From: Candidatus Dormiibacterota bacterium
Lineage (GTDB): Bacteria; Chloroflexota; Dormibacteria; Aeolococcales; Aeolococcaceae
Assembly: GCA_963709585.1 (NCBI GenBank)
Contig: CAVPXI010000018.1
Location: 1 to 64,000, forward strand
Direction of reading: 5' to 3'
DNA length: 64,000 bases
The notes under the pieces were generated by a model. The model searched no databases, had not been told where the DNA came from, and was given only the letters and a program-made list of their open reading frames with translations. Of this stretch, positions 41,068 through 51,201 are shown one piece after another (positions within the stretch are counted from its first letter, which is position 1; every line of letters starts with the position of its first letter). A program made the position numbers and the translations under genes.

Positions 41068-42942
41068 TCAGCCCGCAAGCACCTCGGTCGCGGGCAGCAA
41101 TGCGAGCCCGGCGGCCGCGATGCCGTCGGCGTCGAGTCCAAGCTGCTCGAGGAGCGCGGCCTGAGCGCCGTGCTCGATGAACTGGTCGGGAAGGCCCATC
41201 CTCACGATCGGCACCATGACCCCGTCCGAGGTGAGCAACTCGGTGACCGCCGATCCGAAGCCGCCGGCGGCGACGCCATCCTCGACGGTGATGACCGCTC
41301 GGTGGCGCGCGGCGATCGCGCTGAGCTCGGGCGCGAGCGGTTTGACGAAGCGGGCATCGACGACTGTGGTCGAGATGCCGAGGACGGCGAGCTTTTCCTG
41401 CGCCTGCATCGCCACGGGCACCATCTTGCCCACGGCGAGGAGGGCGAGGTCCCGTCCGCGACGGTGGATCACGACACTCGGCACCGGGATCGGCTCGAGC
41501 GGCTCGGTGCTCGCTGAAGGTGCCGGGCCACGGGGAAAGCGCAGCGAGAACGGCCCTTCATACGCGAGGGCGGTCGCGAACATTCTGCGCAACTCATCCG
41601 GCGAGCTCGGCGCCGAAATGGTCATGCCCGGAATGCAGCGCAGGTAGGCGAGATCGAGCATGCCGTGGTGCGAGGGTCCGTCGGCGCCGGTGATGCCCGC
41701 GCGGTCGATCACGAACGTCACCGGGAGCCGGTGCAGCGCGACGTCGGACGCGACCTGATCGAAGGCGCGCTGCAGGAAGGTCGAATAGATACAGACGACC
41801 GGACGCAACCCCCGCATCGCCAGGCCGGCCGCGAACGTCACCGCGTGCTGCTCGGCGATGCCAACATCGAAGAAGCGTTCCGGAAAGCGTTGGGCGAACT
41901 CGAGGAGACCGGTCGACGATGCCATCGCGGCGGTGATCGCGACGATTCGCTCGTCGGCCTCGGCTGCCTCGCACAGCGCTTCGCCGAAGACGTCGGTCCA
42001 GTCGACCCCCTTCTTGGCCGAAGTACCGCTGTCCGGGTCGAACGTCGAAACTCCGTGGAATTTGTCAATCTTGTCTGCAACTGCGGGGCCATAGCCCTGG
42101 CCCTTGTTGGTGACCACGTGAACGACGACCGGCCCCCGGATCCGAGCGGCATCGCGCAGCGCCTTCTCGACGGCCTGAAGATCGTGCCCGTCGATTGGTC
42201 CACCGTATTTGAGGCCGAGCGTCTCGAAGAGCGAGATCGGTGCGACCAGCTGCTTGAGCGAGTTCTTCATCCGCCGGGCGGTCTCGTATGCGGAGTGCCC
42301 GACCGCCGGAAGCGCGCGCAGCGCGTTCCCCGCCGCATCCTTGGCCGCCTCATATCGTGGTGAGAGCCGGAGATGACCGAGGTTCTCCGCGATCCCCCCG
42401 ACCGTCGGCGCGTAGCTCCGACCGTTGTCGTTCAGGATGATCACCATCTCGGGCTTCAACTGGCCGATGTTGTTGAGCGCTTCATACGCCATGCCGCCGG
42501 TGAGCGCGCCGTCGCCGACGACAACCACGACCTTGCCGGTCTCACCGCGCAACTCTCGAGCGGTGGCGAAACCGAGCGCGTAGCTGAGCCCGGTGGACGC
42601 GTGCGAGTTCTCGATCAGATCGTGCTCGGACTCGCGTCGCGAGGGATACCCGCTCAGACCCCCTTGCTGGCGCAACGTGTCGAACTGGCCGACCCTGCCG
42701 GTCAGCATCTTGTGGACGTACGCCTGGTGGCCGGTGTCGAAGATGATCGCGTCGCGAGGGCTGTCGAACACCCGATGCATCGCCACCGTGAGCTCGACGA
42801 CGCCGAGGTTGGGGCCGAGATGACCCCCGGTCCGCGAGACGGCGGTGATCAGCTCCTCACGAATCTCTGCGCAGAGGCGGGTCAGATCCTCCGGGCCGAG
42901 CCCGCGCAAGTCGTCCGGCCCGGCGATCTCCTCGAGCAGCAC
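41068..42942 (-). CDS. dxs: 1-deoxy-D-xylulose-5-phosphate synthase
   Basis: GGHLG, HQAYVHK, GDGALTGG, IAEQHA, DGPSH. Confidence 0.96.
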   Translation of the reverse strand: MLLEEIAGPDDLRGLGPEDLTRLCAEIREELITAVSRTGGHLGPNLGVVELTVAMHRVFDSPRDAIIFDTGHQAYVHKMLTGRVGQFDTLRQQGGLSGYPSRRESEHDLIENSHASTGLSYALGFATARELRGETGKVVVVVGDGALTGGMAYEALNNIGQLKPEMVIILNDNGRSYAPTVGGIAENLGHLRLSPRYEAAKDAAGNALRALPAVGHSAYETARRMKNSLKQLVAPISLFETLGLKYGGPIDGHDLQAVEKALRDAARIRGPVVVHVVTNKGQGYGPAVADKIDKFHGVSTFDPDSGTSAKKGVDWTDVFGEALCEAAEADERIVAITAAMASSTGLLEFAQRFPERFFDVGIAEQHAVTFAAGLAMRGLRPVVCIYSTFLQRAFDQVASDVALHRLPVTFVIDRAGITGADGPSHHGMLDLAYLRCIPGMTISAPSSPDELRRMFATALAYEGPFSLRFPRGPAPSASTEPLEPIPVPSVVIHRRGRDLALLAVGKMVPVAMQAQEKLAVLGISTTVVDARFVKPLAPELSAIAARHRAVITVEDGVAAGGFGSAVTELLTSDGVMVPIVRMGLPDQFIEHGAQAALLEQLGLDADGIAAAGLALLPATEVLAG

Positions 42943-43025
42943 ATGGTCAGTCTAGTGGAGCCGACCCGGATGGCTCCGCCGGCGAAATGCCCACACACGT
43001 CGGTCGCGGAGCATGATTACCGGCC

Positions 43026-43829
43026 ATGCAGGGACTGGAGCCACGCGAGGCGGTGCTCGAATGCGCCGCGCGAGATGGCGATATCGCCGAGGGCGCCCTC
43101 TGGCTCGCTGCCGACGACTGCCCGGGCGTGGAGCCGGAGCGCTGGCTCGAGCGCCTCGACGAGCTGGCCGGCGAGCTGCGCTCGCGCTGCGGTTTGCACG
43201 GTTGCGGCCCGTCCGATGCTCCGCTGGTCGGCGCGCTGCTGCGCGACCGTCTTCGCCTTCGCTGCGCCGGAGGCGGCGATCCACGCGCCCACTACCTCCA
43301 CACCGTGCTGGAACGCGGGGCGGGCGTCCCGATCGCGTGCTCGGCCATCTGGATCGCGGTCGGCGCCAGGGCTGAGATTCCCGTGGAGGGCGTGAACCTT
43401 CCCGGGCACTTCGTGGTCCGGGTCAACGGGCACCTGTTCGACACCGTGGCCAGCGGCGAGCCCCTCGATGAAGAAGACGTCAAGCGCCTGGTAACCACAT
43501 CCACCGGGCGGGAGATCGAAGGTCTCGAACCGGCGCAGGTGGCGCGAGCGAGCGCGCGCGACATGCTCGCGCGCATGTCGCGCAACCTGCGCCGCTGCTA
43601 CACGAGCCTCGAATGCTGGGACCAGGCGCTGCGTGCGGCCGACCGCTGCGTCGACCTGGTGCCCTCGCCGGCCGAACGCCGCGATCGCGGTCTGCTCCTG
43701 TGGCGCATGGGCAAGGTCGTGGCTGCCCTGACCGATATCACCGCGTACCTCGACGAGGCTCCCGAGACGTGTGCCGATCGCACCGCGATGACCGAGGTCG
43801 CCGGCCGGCTGCGCGCCTTCCTCAACTGA
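43026..43829 (+). CDS. SirB1-like transglutaminase-core/TPR protein
   Basis: YLHTVLERGAGVPI, GVNLPGHF, ERRDRGL. Confidence 0.8.
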   Translation: MQGLEPREAVLECAARDGDIAEGALWLAADDCPGVEPERWLERLDELAGELRSRCGLHGCGPSDAPLVGALLRDRLRLRCAGGGDPRAHYLHTVLERGAGVPIACSAIWIAVGARAEIPVEGVNLPGHFVVRVNGHLFDTVASGEPLDEEDVKRLVTTSTGREIEGLEPAQVARASARDMLARMSRNLRRCYTSLECWDQALRAADRCVDLVPSPAERRDRGLLLWRMGKVVAALTDITAYLDEAPETCADRTAMTEVAGRLRAFLN

Positions 43830-43872
43830 CCGCCGGCGATGTGACCGGCGAGGGTCGACCGGGTTGCCCGGC

Positions 43873-44250
43873 TCAGTGCACTCCGATCAGCAATGACAGC
43901 AGCCAGATCACGCCGATGAGTGCGAGCACCGCGAACGGCATGATCACGAAGACGACGAACGAGAAGACGAGCCGCTCGTCGGGCATCAGCTCCGGCGCCC
44001 GTTTGCGGACCCGAAGGTCGTGCGTGTACCAGTAGACCCCGCCGACGAGGAATCCGAGCAGCAGGAAGAAGATTCCCGCGAACCCGGTGACGATCCCGAC
44101 CGCGTTGGGTGAGACTGTGAACCGCCACGCGGCTCCGCCGGCGAGCGACAGCAGCCCGCACGAGATGTAGCGGAGCAGCATCGGCACCGGACGGGGTTGG
44201 GCCGGATCCGGCGACCGCCGCGACGCGGGAGCGTTGTTCGTGGTCGCCAC
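43873..44250 (-). CDS. Small 3-TM membrane protein
   Basis: Three hydrophobic segments; start uncertain (44181 or 44250). Confidence 0.6.
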   Translation of the reverse strand: MATTNNAPASRRSPDPAQPRPVPMLLRYISCGLLSLAGGAAWRFTVSPNAVGIVTGFAGIFFLLLGFLVGGVYWYTHDLRVRKRAPELMPDERLVFSFVVFVIMPFAVLALIGVIWLLSLLIGVH

Positions 44251-44385
44251 CCCGGGGCGGGAGTTCGAGGGCACGGGCCGAGTATAGGGACGACACGCCA
44301 TGCGTCCGGGGGACGCGCGCGCCTGAGCCGTTGCGCTCACCTACACTTGGCGACCACTGCTGCGGCGCACGGAGGATTCGGAAAT

Positions 44386-44844
44386 ATGACCGTCGGCGCG
44401 CGACTCCCTGACTTCGACCTCGAGACCAGCGGCGGTGGTCGCGTAAGCAACGCGGACCTTGAAGGCCGACGCACCGTGCTGTACTTCTATCCGAAGGACG
44501 ACACACCCGGCTGCACGCTGGAGGGTCAGGAGTTCACCCAGCTCAACGAGGCGTTCAACGCTGCCGGGGTCACCGTCTACGGGGTGTCGCCGGACACGTC
44601 GAAAAGCCACGAGCGGTTCATCGCCAAATGCGCGCTGGCAATACCCTTGATCAGCGATCCGGAGCGGCGCTTGATCAACTCACAGGGGCTGTGGGTCGAG
44701 AAGAAGTTCATGGGACGCCAGTACATGGGCGTGGCGCGCACCACCCTTCTGATCGGACCGGACGGGACGATCGTGCGCGAATGGCGGGATGTCAAGCCCA
44801 GCGGGCACGCCGAAGAGGTCCTGGAGACCGTCAACAGCGGTTAG
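44386..44844 (+). CDS. bcp: Peroxiredoxin BCP/PrxQ
   Basis: YFYPKDDTPGCT; GGAGG RBS. Confidence 0.93.
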   Translation: MTVGARLPDFDLETSGGGRVSNADLEGRRTVLYFYPKDDTPGCTLEGQEFTQLNEAFNAAGVTVYGVSPDTSKSHERFIAKCALAIPLISDPERRLINSQGLWVEKKFMGRQYMGVARTTLLIGPDGTIVREWRDVKPSGHAEEVLETVNSG

Positions 44845-45829
44845 GCGCGCGATCGCCGGAGAGCGGATCGACCTCGCGACGCTGCTCGCGCGCCGGGTCG
44901 TCTTCGTCGCGGGCAAGGGAGGGACCGGCCGGAGCACGATGACCGCGGCGCTGGCGCTCCTGGGCGCTCGCGCCGGCAAACGCGTCCTCGCCATCGATGT
45001 CGACGCCAAGGGCGACCTCGCCGCCGCGCTCGGGTCACCGCCCGCCGGGTTCGCGCCACGCGTGGTCCAGCACGATCTCTCCGTCCTGGAATTGCGCACC
45101 GACGAGTCGTTCCAGGAATACCTGAACATCTATTTCAAGGTTCCGCGCCTGACCCGGCTGACCCCGCTGGCCCGCGTCTTCGACTTCATCGCCACCGGCG
45201 TTCCCGGTCCGCGAGACATGCTCGTGGTCGGCAAGATCGCCTACGAGGAGCGCCGCAAGGAGCCCGCATCGAGATCACCGGTGTGGGACCTGATCCTCGT
45301 CGACTGCGCCGCGGGAGGTCAGGCGGAGTCACACCTGGCGGCCCCGAAGGCGATGCTCACACTCGTCCGCGGCGGGCTCATCCGTGCCCAGGTGGAGTGG
45401 ATCGACGCGCTGATCCGGGATCCTGTCCGGACCACGGTCGTGCTCTGCGCTCTCCCGGAGGAGATGCCGGTGATCGAGGCGATCGAGCTGCACGAACACC
45501 TTCGCGCCGGATCTGGCGTAACCGTCGATTTGTGCGTGCTGAATCGTGCCGTCGACGAGCCGGTGAGCGCGGCGCACCGCCGGCTCGTGTCGGCGCTGGT
45601 CGACCCGGAGCACGTCGACGCGGTCGCGCAGCGATTGGGTGGATCGCCCGCGCCGCTCGAGGCCGGCATCGACCTCCAGGGGCACCTGTTCGACACCACC
45701 GCGCGCTACATGCGTCAGCTCCGGAGCCGGCTGCCGATGCCCGTCGTGCCGGTGCCGTTCATCGTCGATCGGACCGGACTCACAACCACGCGAGCGGTGG
45801 CCGACGCGCTCAGTGGCAGGCTGGCATGA
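44789..45829 (+). CDS. ArsA/Get3-family ATPase, degenerate partner
   Basis: GKGGTGRST, PEEMP; start uncertain. Confidence 0.82.
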   Translation: MSSPAGTPKRSWRPSTAVRRAIAGERIDLATLLARRVVFVAGKGGTGRSTMTAALALLGARAGKRVLAIDVDAKGDLAAALGSPPAGFAPRVVQHDLSVLELRTDESFQEYLNIYFKVPRLTRLTPLARVFDFIATGVPGPRDMLVVGKIAYEERRKEPASRSPVWDLILVDCAAGGQAESHLAAPKAMLTLVRGGLIRAQVEWIDALIRDPVRTTVVLCALPEEMPVIEAIELHEHLRAGSGVTVDLCVLNRAVDEPVSAAHRRLVSALVDPEHVDAVAQRLGGSPAPLEAGIDLQGHLFDTTARYMRQLRSRLPMPVVPVPFIVDRTGLTTTRAVADALSGRLA

Positions 45830-47028
45830 GCGCCGGCGCGGGGGGCCACATCCCCGAGCGGCGCAGGAGCGTTCGCAAGGACCCCGCCGGATTGGGGCGC
45901 CGTCTGGCGTCCCTCGACGTGGTGATCTGCTGCGGGAGCGGAGGGGTCGGCAAGACCACGGTGAGCGCTGCACTCGGCATGGCGATCGCGGCCGCGGATG
46001 ACAAACGCGTCCTGGTCCTCACCATCGATCCGGCGCGGCGACTGGCCACGGCGCTGGGCATCAAGGGTATCGGCGCCGAGCCGGTGCGCATCCCCAAAGC
46101 GCGCCTGCGTCGAGCCGGGATCACCATCACCGGCGACCTCGAGGCGGCGATGCTGGACATGAAGCAGGCGTGGGACCGGATGATCGAACGCTACTCACCG
46201 GATCGCGCGACGGCGCGGCGGATCCTGCGCAACCCGCTCTACCAGCGCATCACCAACTCATTCGTCGGATCACACGAATATGCGGCGATCGAGGCGCTGT
46301 ACGAGCTTCACGACGCCGGAGAGTACGACTGCATCGTCGTCGACACGCCGCCGTCTCGCAACGCGCTCGACTTCCTCGAAGCGCCGACCCGGCTCACCGA
46401 TTACGTGGGCTCGCGACTGCTGTCCATGCTGTCGGGAGGGCCGTCACGGTTCGGCTTCCGGGCGATGAACTTTGCGGCCGCGCCGTTCCTGCGTCTCGCC
46501 GACCGGCTCCTGGGCGCCGAAGTGCTCGCCGAAGTCTCGGAGTTCGTCCAGCAGCTCCAACTGCTCTACGACGGGATCCAGGGCCGAGCTCGGTCGGTGT
46601 ACCGGCTCCTGCGCAGCCCGCAGACGGGCTTCGTCGTGGTCACGACCCTGGAGCAGGGTCCTTTCAGCGAGGCCGAATTCTTCTGCACCAAGCTGCGCGA
46701 GTTCAAGATGCCGCTGCGCGCCATGGTGGTCAACCGCGTGCTGCCGGACGTTTTCAATGATGCCGGCGGCGTCGCGGCCGCGACCACGCTGGTCGAGGAC
46801 CCCAAGGTGGCCGCCTGGCTGACCGGCGAGCTCCACGCCCGCGTCTCCGCGGAGCCTGCGCGCTTCATCGGCGCGACGTTTCTGAACCGCCACACCCTGG
46901 CACTGCGCGAGGCGCGTCAGCTGTCGAAGTTGAGCCGGTTCGGTGAGGTGCCCATCGTGCGCATCCCGCTCTTCAGCGACGAGGTCTCCGAGCTCGAGGG
47001 GCTGGTGCGCATCGCGCGAGCACTCTGA
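45826..47028 (+). CDS. ArsA/Get3-family ATPase
   Basis: GSGGVGKTT, TIDPARRLA, VDTPP. Confidence 0.9.
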   Translation: MSAGAGGHIPERRRSVRKDPAGLGRRLASLDVVICCGSGGVGKTTVSAALGMAIAAADDKRVLVLTIDPARRLATALGIKGIGAEPVRIPKARLRRAGITITGDLEAAMLDMKQAWDRMIERYSPDRATARRILRNPLYQRITNSFVGSHEYAAIEALYELHDAGEYDCIVVDTPPSRNALDFLEAPTRLTDYVGSRLLSMLSGGPSRFGFRAMNFAAAPFLRLADRLLGAEVLAEVSEFVQQLQLLYDGIQGRARSVYRLLRSPQTGFVVVTTLEQGPFSEAEFFCTKLREFKMPLRAMVVNRVLPDVFNDAGGVAAATTLVEDPKVAAWLTGELHARVSAEPARFIGATFLNRHTLALREARQLSKLSRFGEVPIVRIPLFSDEVSELEGLVRIARAL

Positions 47029-47044
47029 TCCGGGCGCACGCGGT

Positions 47045-49900
47045 TCAGCCCTGACCCGCGAGCAGGCGCATGCGCGCGCTGTGACGCCCGAGCGAGTGCG
47101 CATCTCCGATCACGTCGAGCACCGGTGGATCCGCGAGCCGCACCACCGAGCAGTCGCCCGCGGTGATCCGCGAGACGGCCTCGATCATCGCGGGGTCGGC
47201 GGTGCTCAGCAGGACCTGGTGCGTTGCAGACAGATCGTGCAAGAACTCGATGAACAGGTCGCGACGGAGCGGGTCGGAGGTGAGCAGGGGTTCGTCGAGC
47301 AGCAGCGGGGTGCGCTCGCCTCCACCGCCAAGCACCTCGCAGAGCGCCAGTCGGAGGAGCAGCGCCACCTGGTCGCGGGTGCCGTGCGACACCGCGTCGA
47401 GCGGCACCATGTCGGGCCGATCATGGCCGAGCAGGCCGAGCGCGAAATGGTCGGTGTCGACATTGACCTCGACGTATCGGGCACCGGTCAGTAGGCTGAG
47501 GCGGCTCCCCAGAGACTCGGCGAGGCGTGGCGCGAGCTCTCGATGGGTCACGCGCGACGCCGCCTCGATCAGATCCGCCGCTCGCCGCAGTGCCTTGAGC
47601 TGGTGCAGGCCTCGATCGCGCGCCGTTTCGCAGGCGTCGCGCTCGTCCTCCAGGTCCGCGATCGCGGGGAGCGTGTCGAGCACGCCACCGAGCCGGGCGC
47701 GCAGCTCGCGAGCCTGGTCGCCGGCCGAGGTTGCCGAGCGCCGCGCCCGTTCCGCTTCGAGGTCGAGTGCCTGCAGCACCGCGGCGTCCGGGGGCGCGGC
47801 AGCCAGCGCATCGGTGGGATCGCCGCCGCACTGCATCAATTGATCCGCAAGCTCGGTCTCGAGGCTCTCGAGCGTAGCCGCGTCGCCCCCGAGGGCGCGG
47901 GCTGAGCGCTGGAGATCATCGAGCCCGCGGCGCGCCGCATCGTGACGCCGCCGCGCGTCACAGGCGTGGTGGAATCCGGCCACGGCGGCGGCCCAGTCAC
48001 CTTCGGGGAGGCCGATCCCGGCAGCCCGGAGGATCGTGCGAAGCCGCACCTCGAGGTTCGCGACCGCGCGGGCTGCGCGGTCGACGTCGTCGCTCGACTG
48101 GGCGCCGGCCGATTCCTCGGCAGCGAGCACGGCATCCTCGGCGAGCAACTCCTCGCGCCGGCGCGCCTGCAGGACGGCGGCGTCAATGCCGTCGAGGATC
48201 TGCTGCGCACCCGCGATGACGGCTTCCGGGGTCGCGCCGGCTCCGCGAGAGTGCTCGGCGACGCATGCCTCGGCGGCGAGGGCACGGCAGCGTTCGAGCA
48301 GGGAGGTGAGCGCGAGCTGCAGCGCCTCCGCATCGCCACGACGGCGGGACGTGCGCAGCTGAGCATCGTCGAGAGCGTGGTGCAGCGTGCGCAAGACCGG
48401 GAGGCGATCCTGCAGCCGGGCAAGCTCCGCCGGATCGATTCCCGCATCCAGCGCGAGCACCGTTGCCGCAGCGCGGGCACGCGAAGCCGAGGACGATCGT
48501 ACCCAGGCGCGCCACGCCAGCAAGGCGGCACCGAGCCCTCCGAGCACCCCAGCGACGAGCGCCGCCAGGGCGAGGTGGGCGTGATCAAGCCCCGCCGCCG
48601 CCGCCGCGGCGAACCCCGCAACGAGGATGGCCGCGCCGCCGAAGGCGCGACCGCCGCGTCCGGCCGCCTCCAGCTCGGGGAGCAGTTCGTCGATCACGTT
48701 CGCGGGCAGGCCGCGAAGCCCCGTTGCCGCGATCTCGCGACGAAGCCCTGCCTCGCGGGCGTCGTCACCGCCGGCGCGACCCGCGGCGCTCGCAACCGCG
48801 ATCAACTCGCCGCGCAGGCGCTGGGAGCGTTCACCGACATCCCCGCCGATCTCCCCCGCGGATCCGATCGCCGCCACCCCGGACGCGATCTGCTCGCGTC
48901 GGGAACGGATCGGCCGCAGGCGTTCGACCGCGCTCTGCCAGCGCGCTGCGGCACCGTCGGCGCTCGACTTCGCCTGGACCAGCTCGCCACCAAGCGTGGT
49001 GACCTCGGTCTCGACGTCGAGGGGGAATCGCGCGTAGGACGCGGTTGCCTCGATCTCCACGGCATGGAGCTTGGCCTCGCGCACCATCTCCGCGAGGCGC
49101 ACCCGCCGGCCGGCGACGTCTGACAGGCGCGCCGAGAGCCGCGCGCGTTCGGCCTCAACCCAGCGATCGGTTTCGGCGGCCAGGGTCGCGTCGAGAACGG
49201 CAAGGCGCTCCTGGTCGACGGCGACGGCCGCCAGCCTGGTTCGCGCGTCGGCGAGGATGAGGTCCAGGGTTCGAAGCCGGGCGGTCGCGACCCCGAGCGG
49301 ACTGGCGGTGCGCCGCTCCGACCCGACCCGATCCATCGCCTCGCGGATGCGCCCCAGGGCCTGCGCTGCGGTCACGCCCCGGCGGGTGTCCGCGAGCCGC
49401 TCGATCGCCTCCTGCAGCTGGCCGGCGCGCTGCCGGGCGCTCTCCGGCGCATCGATGCGGAGGCCGTCGTCGCCGAGCCATGCGGTTGCGCAGAAGACCG
49501 CTTCGTCGATCCCGAGGTGGAACCGGCCGGGCGTCACCGCACGTCCACTGCGCAACTCGTCGGTCAGCTCCGAGCCCCCGAGCTCGAGGACCTGCACCGG
49601 CTGCTCGCGGGTGTCAAGGCGCCGGGCGACACGGATTCGGCGTCCATCGTCGAGCTTGTAGGTCAGCGCGAGACCGTAGCCGCCCCGAGTCCAGGGCTCG
49701 TAGCGCGCCCAGTCACTGCGATCGACCGCACGACCCTGACCGCCGGCATCGACGCCGTAGAGCGCACCGCGCACCGCGCGCAGCAGCGTCGACTTGCCCG
49801 ACTCGTTGGCTCCCGCGATGACCGTGACGTGGGGATGCAGGTCGGTGGTGATGTCGTGGAGGCAGCCGAAGCCGGTGATCTCGAGGCGCTCCAGGATCAT
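47045..49900 (-). CDS. YhaN/SbcC-like SMC ATPase
   Basis: GANESGKST, long coiled coil with central TM pair, VSHGTRDQ, LLDEP. Confidence 0.88.
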   Translation of the reverse strand: MILERLEITGFGCLHDITTDLHPHVTVIAGANESGKSTLLRAVRGALYGVDAGGQGRAVDRSDWARYEPWTRGGYGLALTYKLDDGRRIRVARRLDTREQPVQVLELGGSELTDELRSGRAVTPGRFHLGIDEAVFCATAWLGDDGLRIDAPESARQRAGQLQEAIERLADTRRGVTAAQALGRIREAMDRVGSERRTASPLGVATARLRTLDLILADARTRLAAVAVDQERLAVLDATLAAETDRWVEAERARLSARLSDVAGRRVRLAEMVREAKLHAVEIEATASYARFPLDVETEVTTLGGELVQAKSSADGAAARWQSAVERLRPIRSRREQIASGVAAIGSAGEIGGDVGERSQRLRGELIAVASAAGRAGGDDAREAGLRREIAATGLRGLPANVIDELLPELEAAGRGGRAFGGAAILVAGFAAAAAAGLDHAHLALAALVAGVLGGLGAALLAWRAWVRSSSASRARAAATVLALDAGIDPAELARLQDRLPVLRTLHHALDDAQLRTSRRRGDAEALQLALTSLLERCRALAAEACVAEHSRGAGATPEAVIAGAQQILDGIDAAVLQARRREELLAEDAVLAAEESAGAQSSDDVDRAARAVANLEVRLRTILRAAGIGLPEGDWAAAVAGFHHACDARRRHDAARRGLDDLQRSARALGGDAATLESLETELADQLMQCGGDPTDALAAAPPDAAVLQALDLEAERARRSATSAGDQARELRARLGGVLDTLPAIADLEDERDACETARDRGLHQLKALRRAADLIEAASRVTHRELAPRLAESLGSRLSLLTGARYVEVNVDTDHFALGLLGHDRPDMVPLDAVSHGTRDQVALLLRLALCEVLGGGGERTPLLLDEPLLTSDPLRRDLFIEFLHDLSATHQVLLSTADPAMIEAVSRITAGDCSVVRLADPPVLDVIGDAHSLGRHSARMRLLAGQG

Positions 49901-51042
49901 CGCAAGCCGACCTCCGCCCCGGACAACGCCATCAGCCCGTAACGGAGCGCGTCCTCGAGCACCAGCGCTTCCTCAGCATCGGCATGCTCCGCGGCCCCGG
50001 TTGCGGCGCGCACGAAGGCGCCCCGCGTGCTCTCCTCGAGCAACGCGGCTTCGAGATCGACGAAGGGCGACGTGAGGTCGCGTACCTTGACTGCGGCGAG
50101 GTTGAGGCGCTCCCGCACCGCGAGCTCCACCGTGAACGCGTCCACCGACACCGATGGATCGACCGCGCCGCTCAGGTCGACACGGATCATGGTCCGCTCC
50201 GGGTCGTCGAACCCGGTCGACGCGCAGTGCATCGTGACCGTATCGATCACCGCCTCCTCGGAGCCGCACGCATCGGCGTCGCACTCCACGGTGAACACCG
50301 ACCAGCGATTGGTGTCGTGCGCGATGAACCGGACATCACCCCGATCGGTGATCTCGACGACCACCGGGCCACGCCCGCCTTCGTCGTCGAAGCCGAGCGG
50401 CTCCGGAGTCCCGGGGTAGAGGAGCCCCGAAGCCGAGTCGAGGCGTCGGCGGTGATAGTGGCCGCACAGCGCGGCGGCAAAGCCGGCGGCGCGGATCCGA
50501 TCCGCGTGGAACGGACCGTGGATCGACTTTCCCTCGGGTCGCGAACCGAGCTCGGCGCCGTGGAACAGCGCGAGATGTACGCCCGACCCGGACGTTGCCG
50601 GCGCACCGGCAAGCGGGTCGCCCTGCCAGGACGGCTCGCGGTGAGCGAGCCCCCAGAGGGTGACGCCGTCGGTGAGCTCAACCGGCTCGAACTTGGTGCT
50701 GCCGAACACGGTGACGTTGGATGGCCATTCGACGCGCCGATACAGCGACCCCGGGAGCAGGGCGTCGTGATTTCCCGGCGCGATCAGCACCCGCATCGGC
50801 TGCCACGACGCGAAGGTGTCGGCGAGGAACCGGCCGGTGTCGACACCGGCGCGTTCGTGCTCGTAGAGGTCGCCGCCGATCGTGACCGCCGAGCAGCCCT
50901 GTTCCATGGCCAGGCGTCCCGCGCTCGTGAGGGCTTGCCGGAGCCCCTGGCGGCGCCGCCGCGCGAGCTCGCCCTGGCAGCCCATGGCGGCAAACACCCT
51001 GTCGAGGTGGAGGTCGGCGAGATGGAGGAGACGTATCGTCAT
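49897..51042 (-). CDS. YhaO/SbcD/Mre11-like metallophosphoesterase
   Basis: ADLHL, GGDL, PGNHD, GHYH, YPGTP. Confidence 0.9.
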   Translation of the reverse strand: MTIRLLHLADLHLDRVFAAMGCQGELARRRRQGLRQALTSAGRLAMEQGCSAVTIGGDLYEHERAGVDTGRFLADTFASWQPMRVLIAPGNHDALLPGSLYRRVEWPSNVTVFGSTKFEPVELTDGVTLWGLAHREPSWQGDPLAGAPATSGSGVHLALFHGAELGSRPEGKSIHGPFHADRIRAAGFAAALCGHYHRRRLDSASGLLYPGTPEPLGFDDEGGRGPVVVEITDRGDVRFIAHDTNRWSVFTVECDADACGSEEAVIDTVTMHCASTGFDDPERTMIRVDLSGAVDPSVSVDAFTVELAVRERLNLAAVKVRDLTSPFVDLEAALLEESTRGAFVRAATGAAEHADAEEALVLEDALRYGLMALSGAEVGLR

Positions 51043-51201
51043 GGTGCTGGGAATGAGAACGGCGACCTGGAGGCGAACGTCAGTTCGCACAGCCTAGCAC
51101 AGGTTCAGCGGCCGAACTTCTGCCACAATTGGCCAGTACCGACAGAGGGTTGCCCTGGCCGCCGGCCAGGGTCGAGTCGGAGCAGCGGGTGGGGGATCAG
51201 G

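Noticed and set aside
44789-47028. Arsenic resistance operon
   Set aside because: No arsB/acr3/arsC/arsD nearby; the pair resembles Get3-like ATPases.
47045-51042. SMC ATPase plus nuclease as an anti-plasmid (Wadjet/Lamassu) system
   Set aside because: The two-gene metallophosphoesterase + ATPase layout matches ordinary YhaO/YhaN (SbcCD-like) repair genes, and no defence partners are present.
49984-51201. N-terminal ~400 aa of the 951-aa GGDEF ORF in the track
   Set aside because: It overlaps the real minus-strand phosphoesterase; the true start is probably near 51202.
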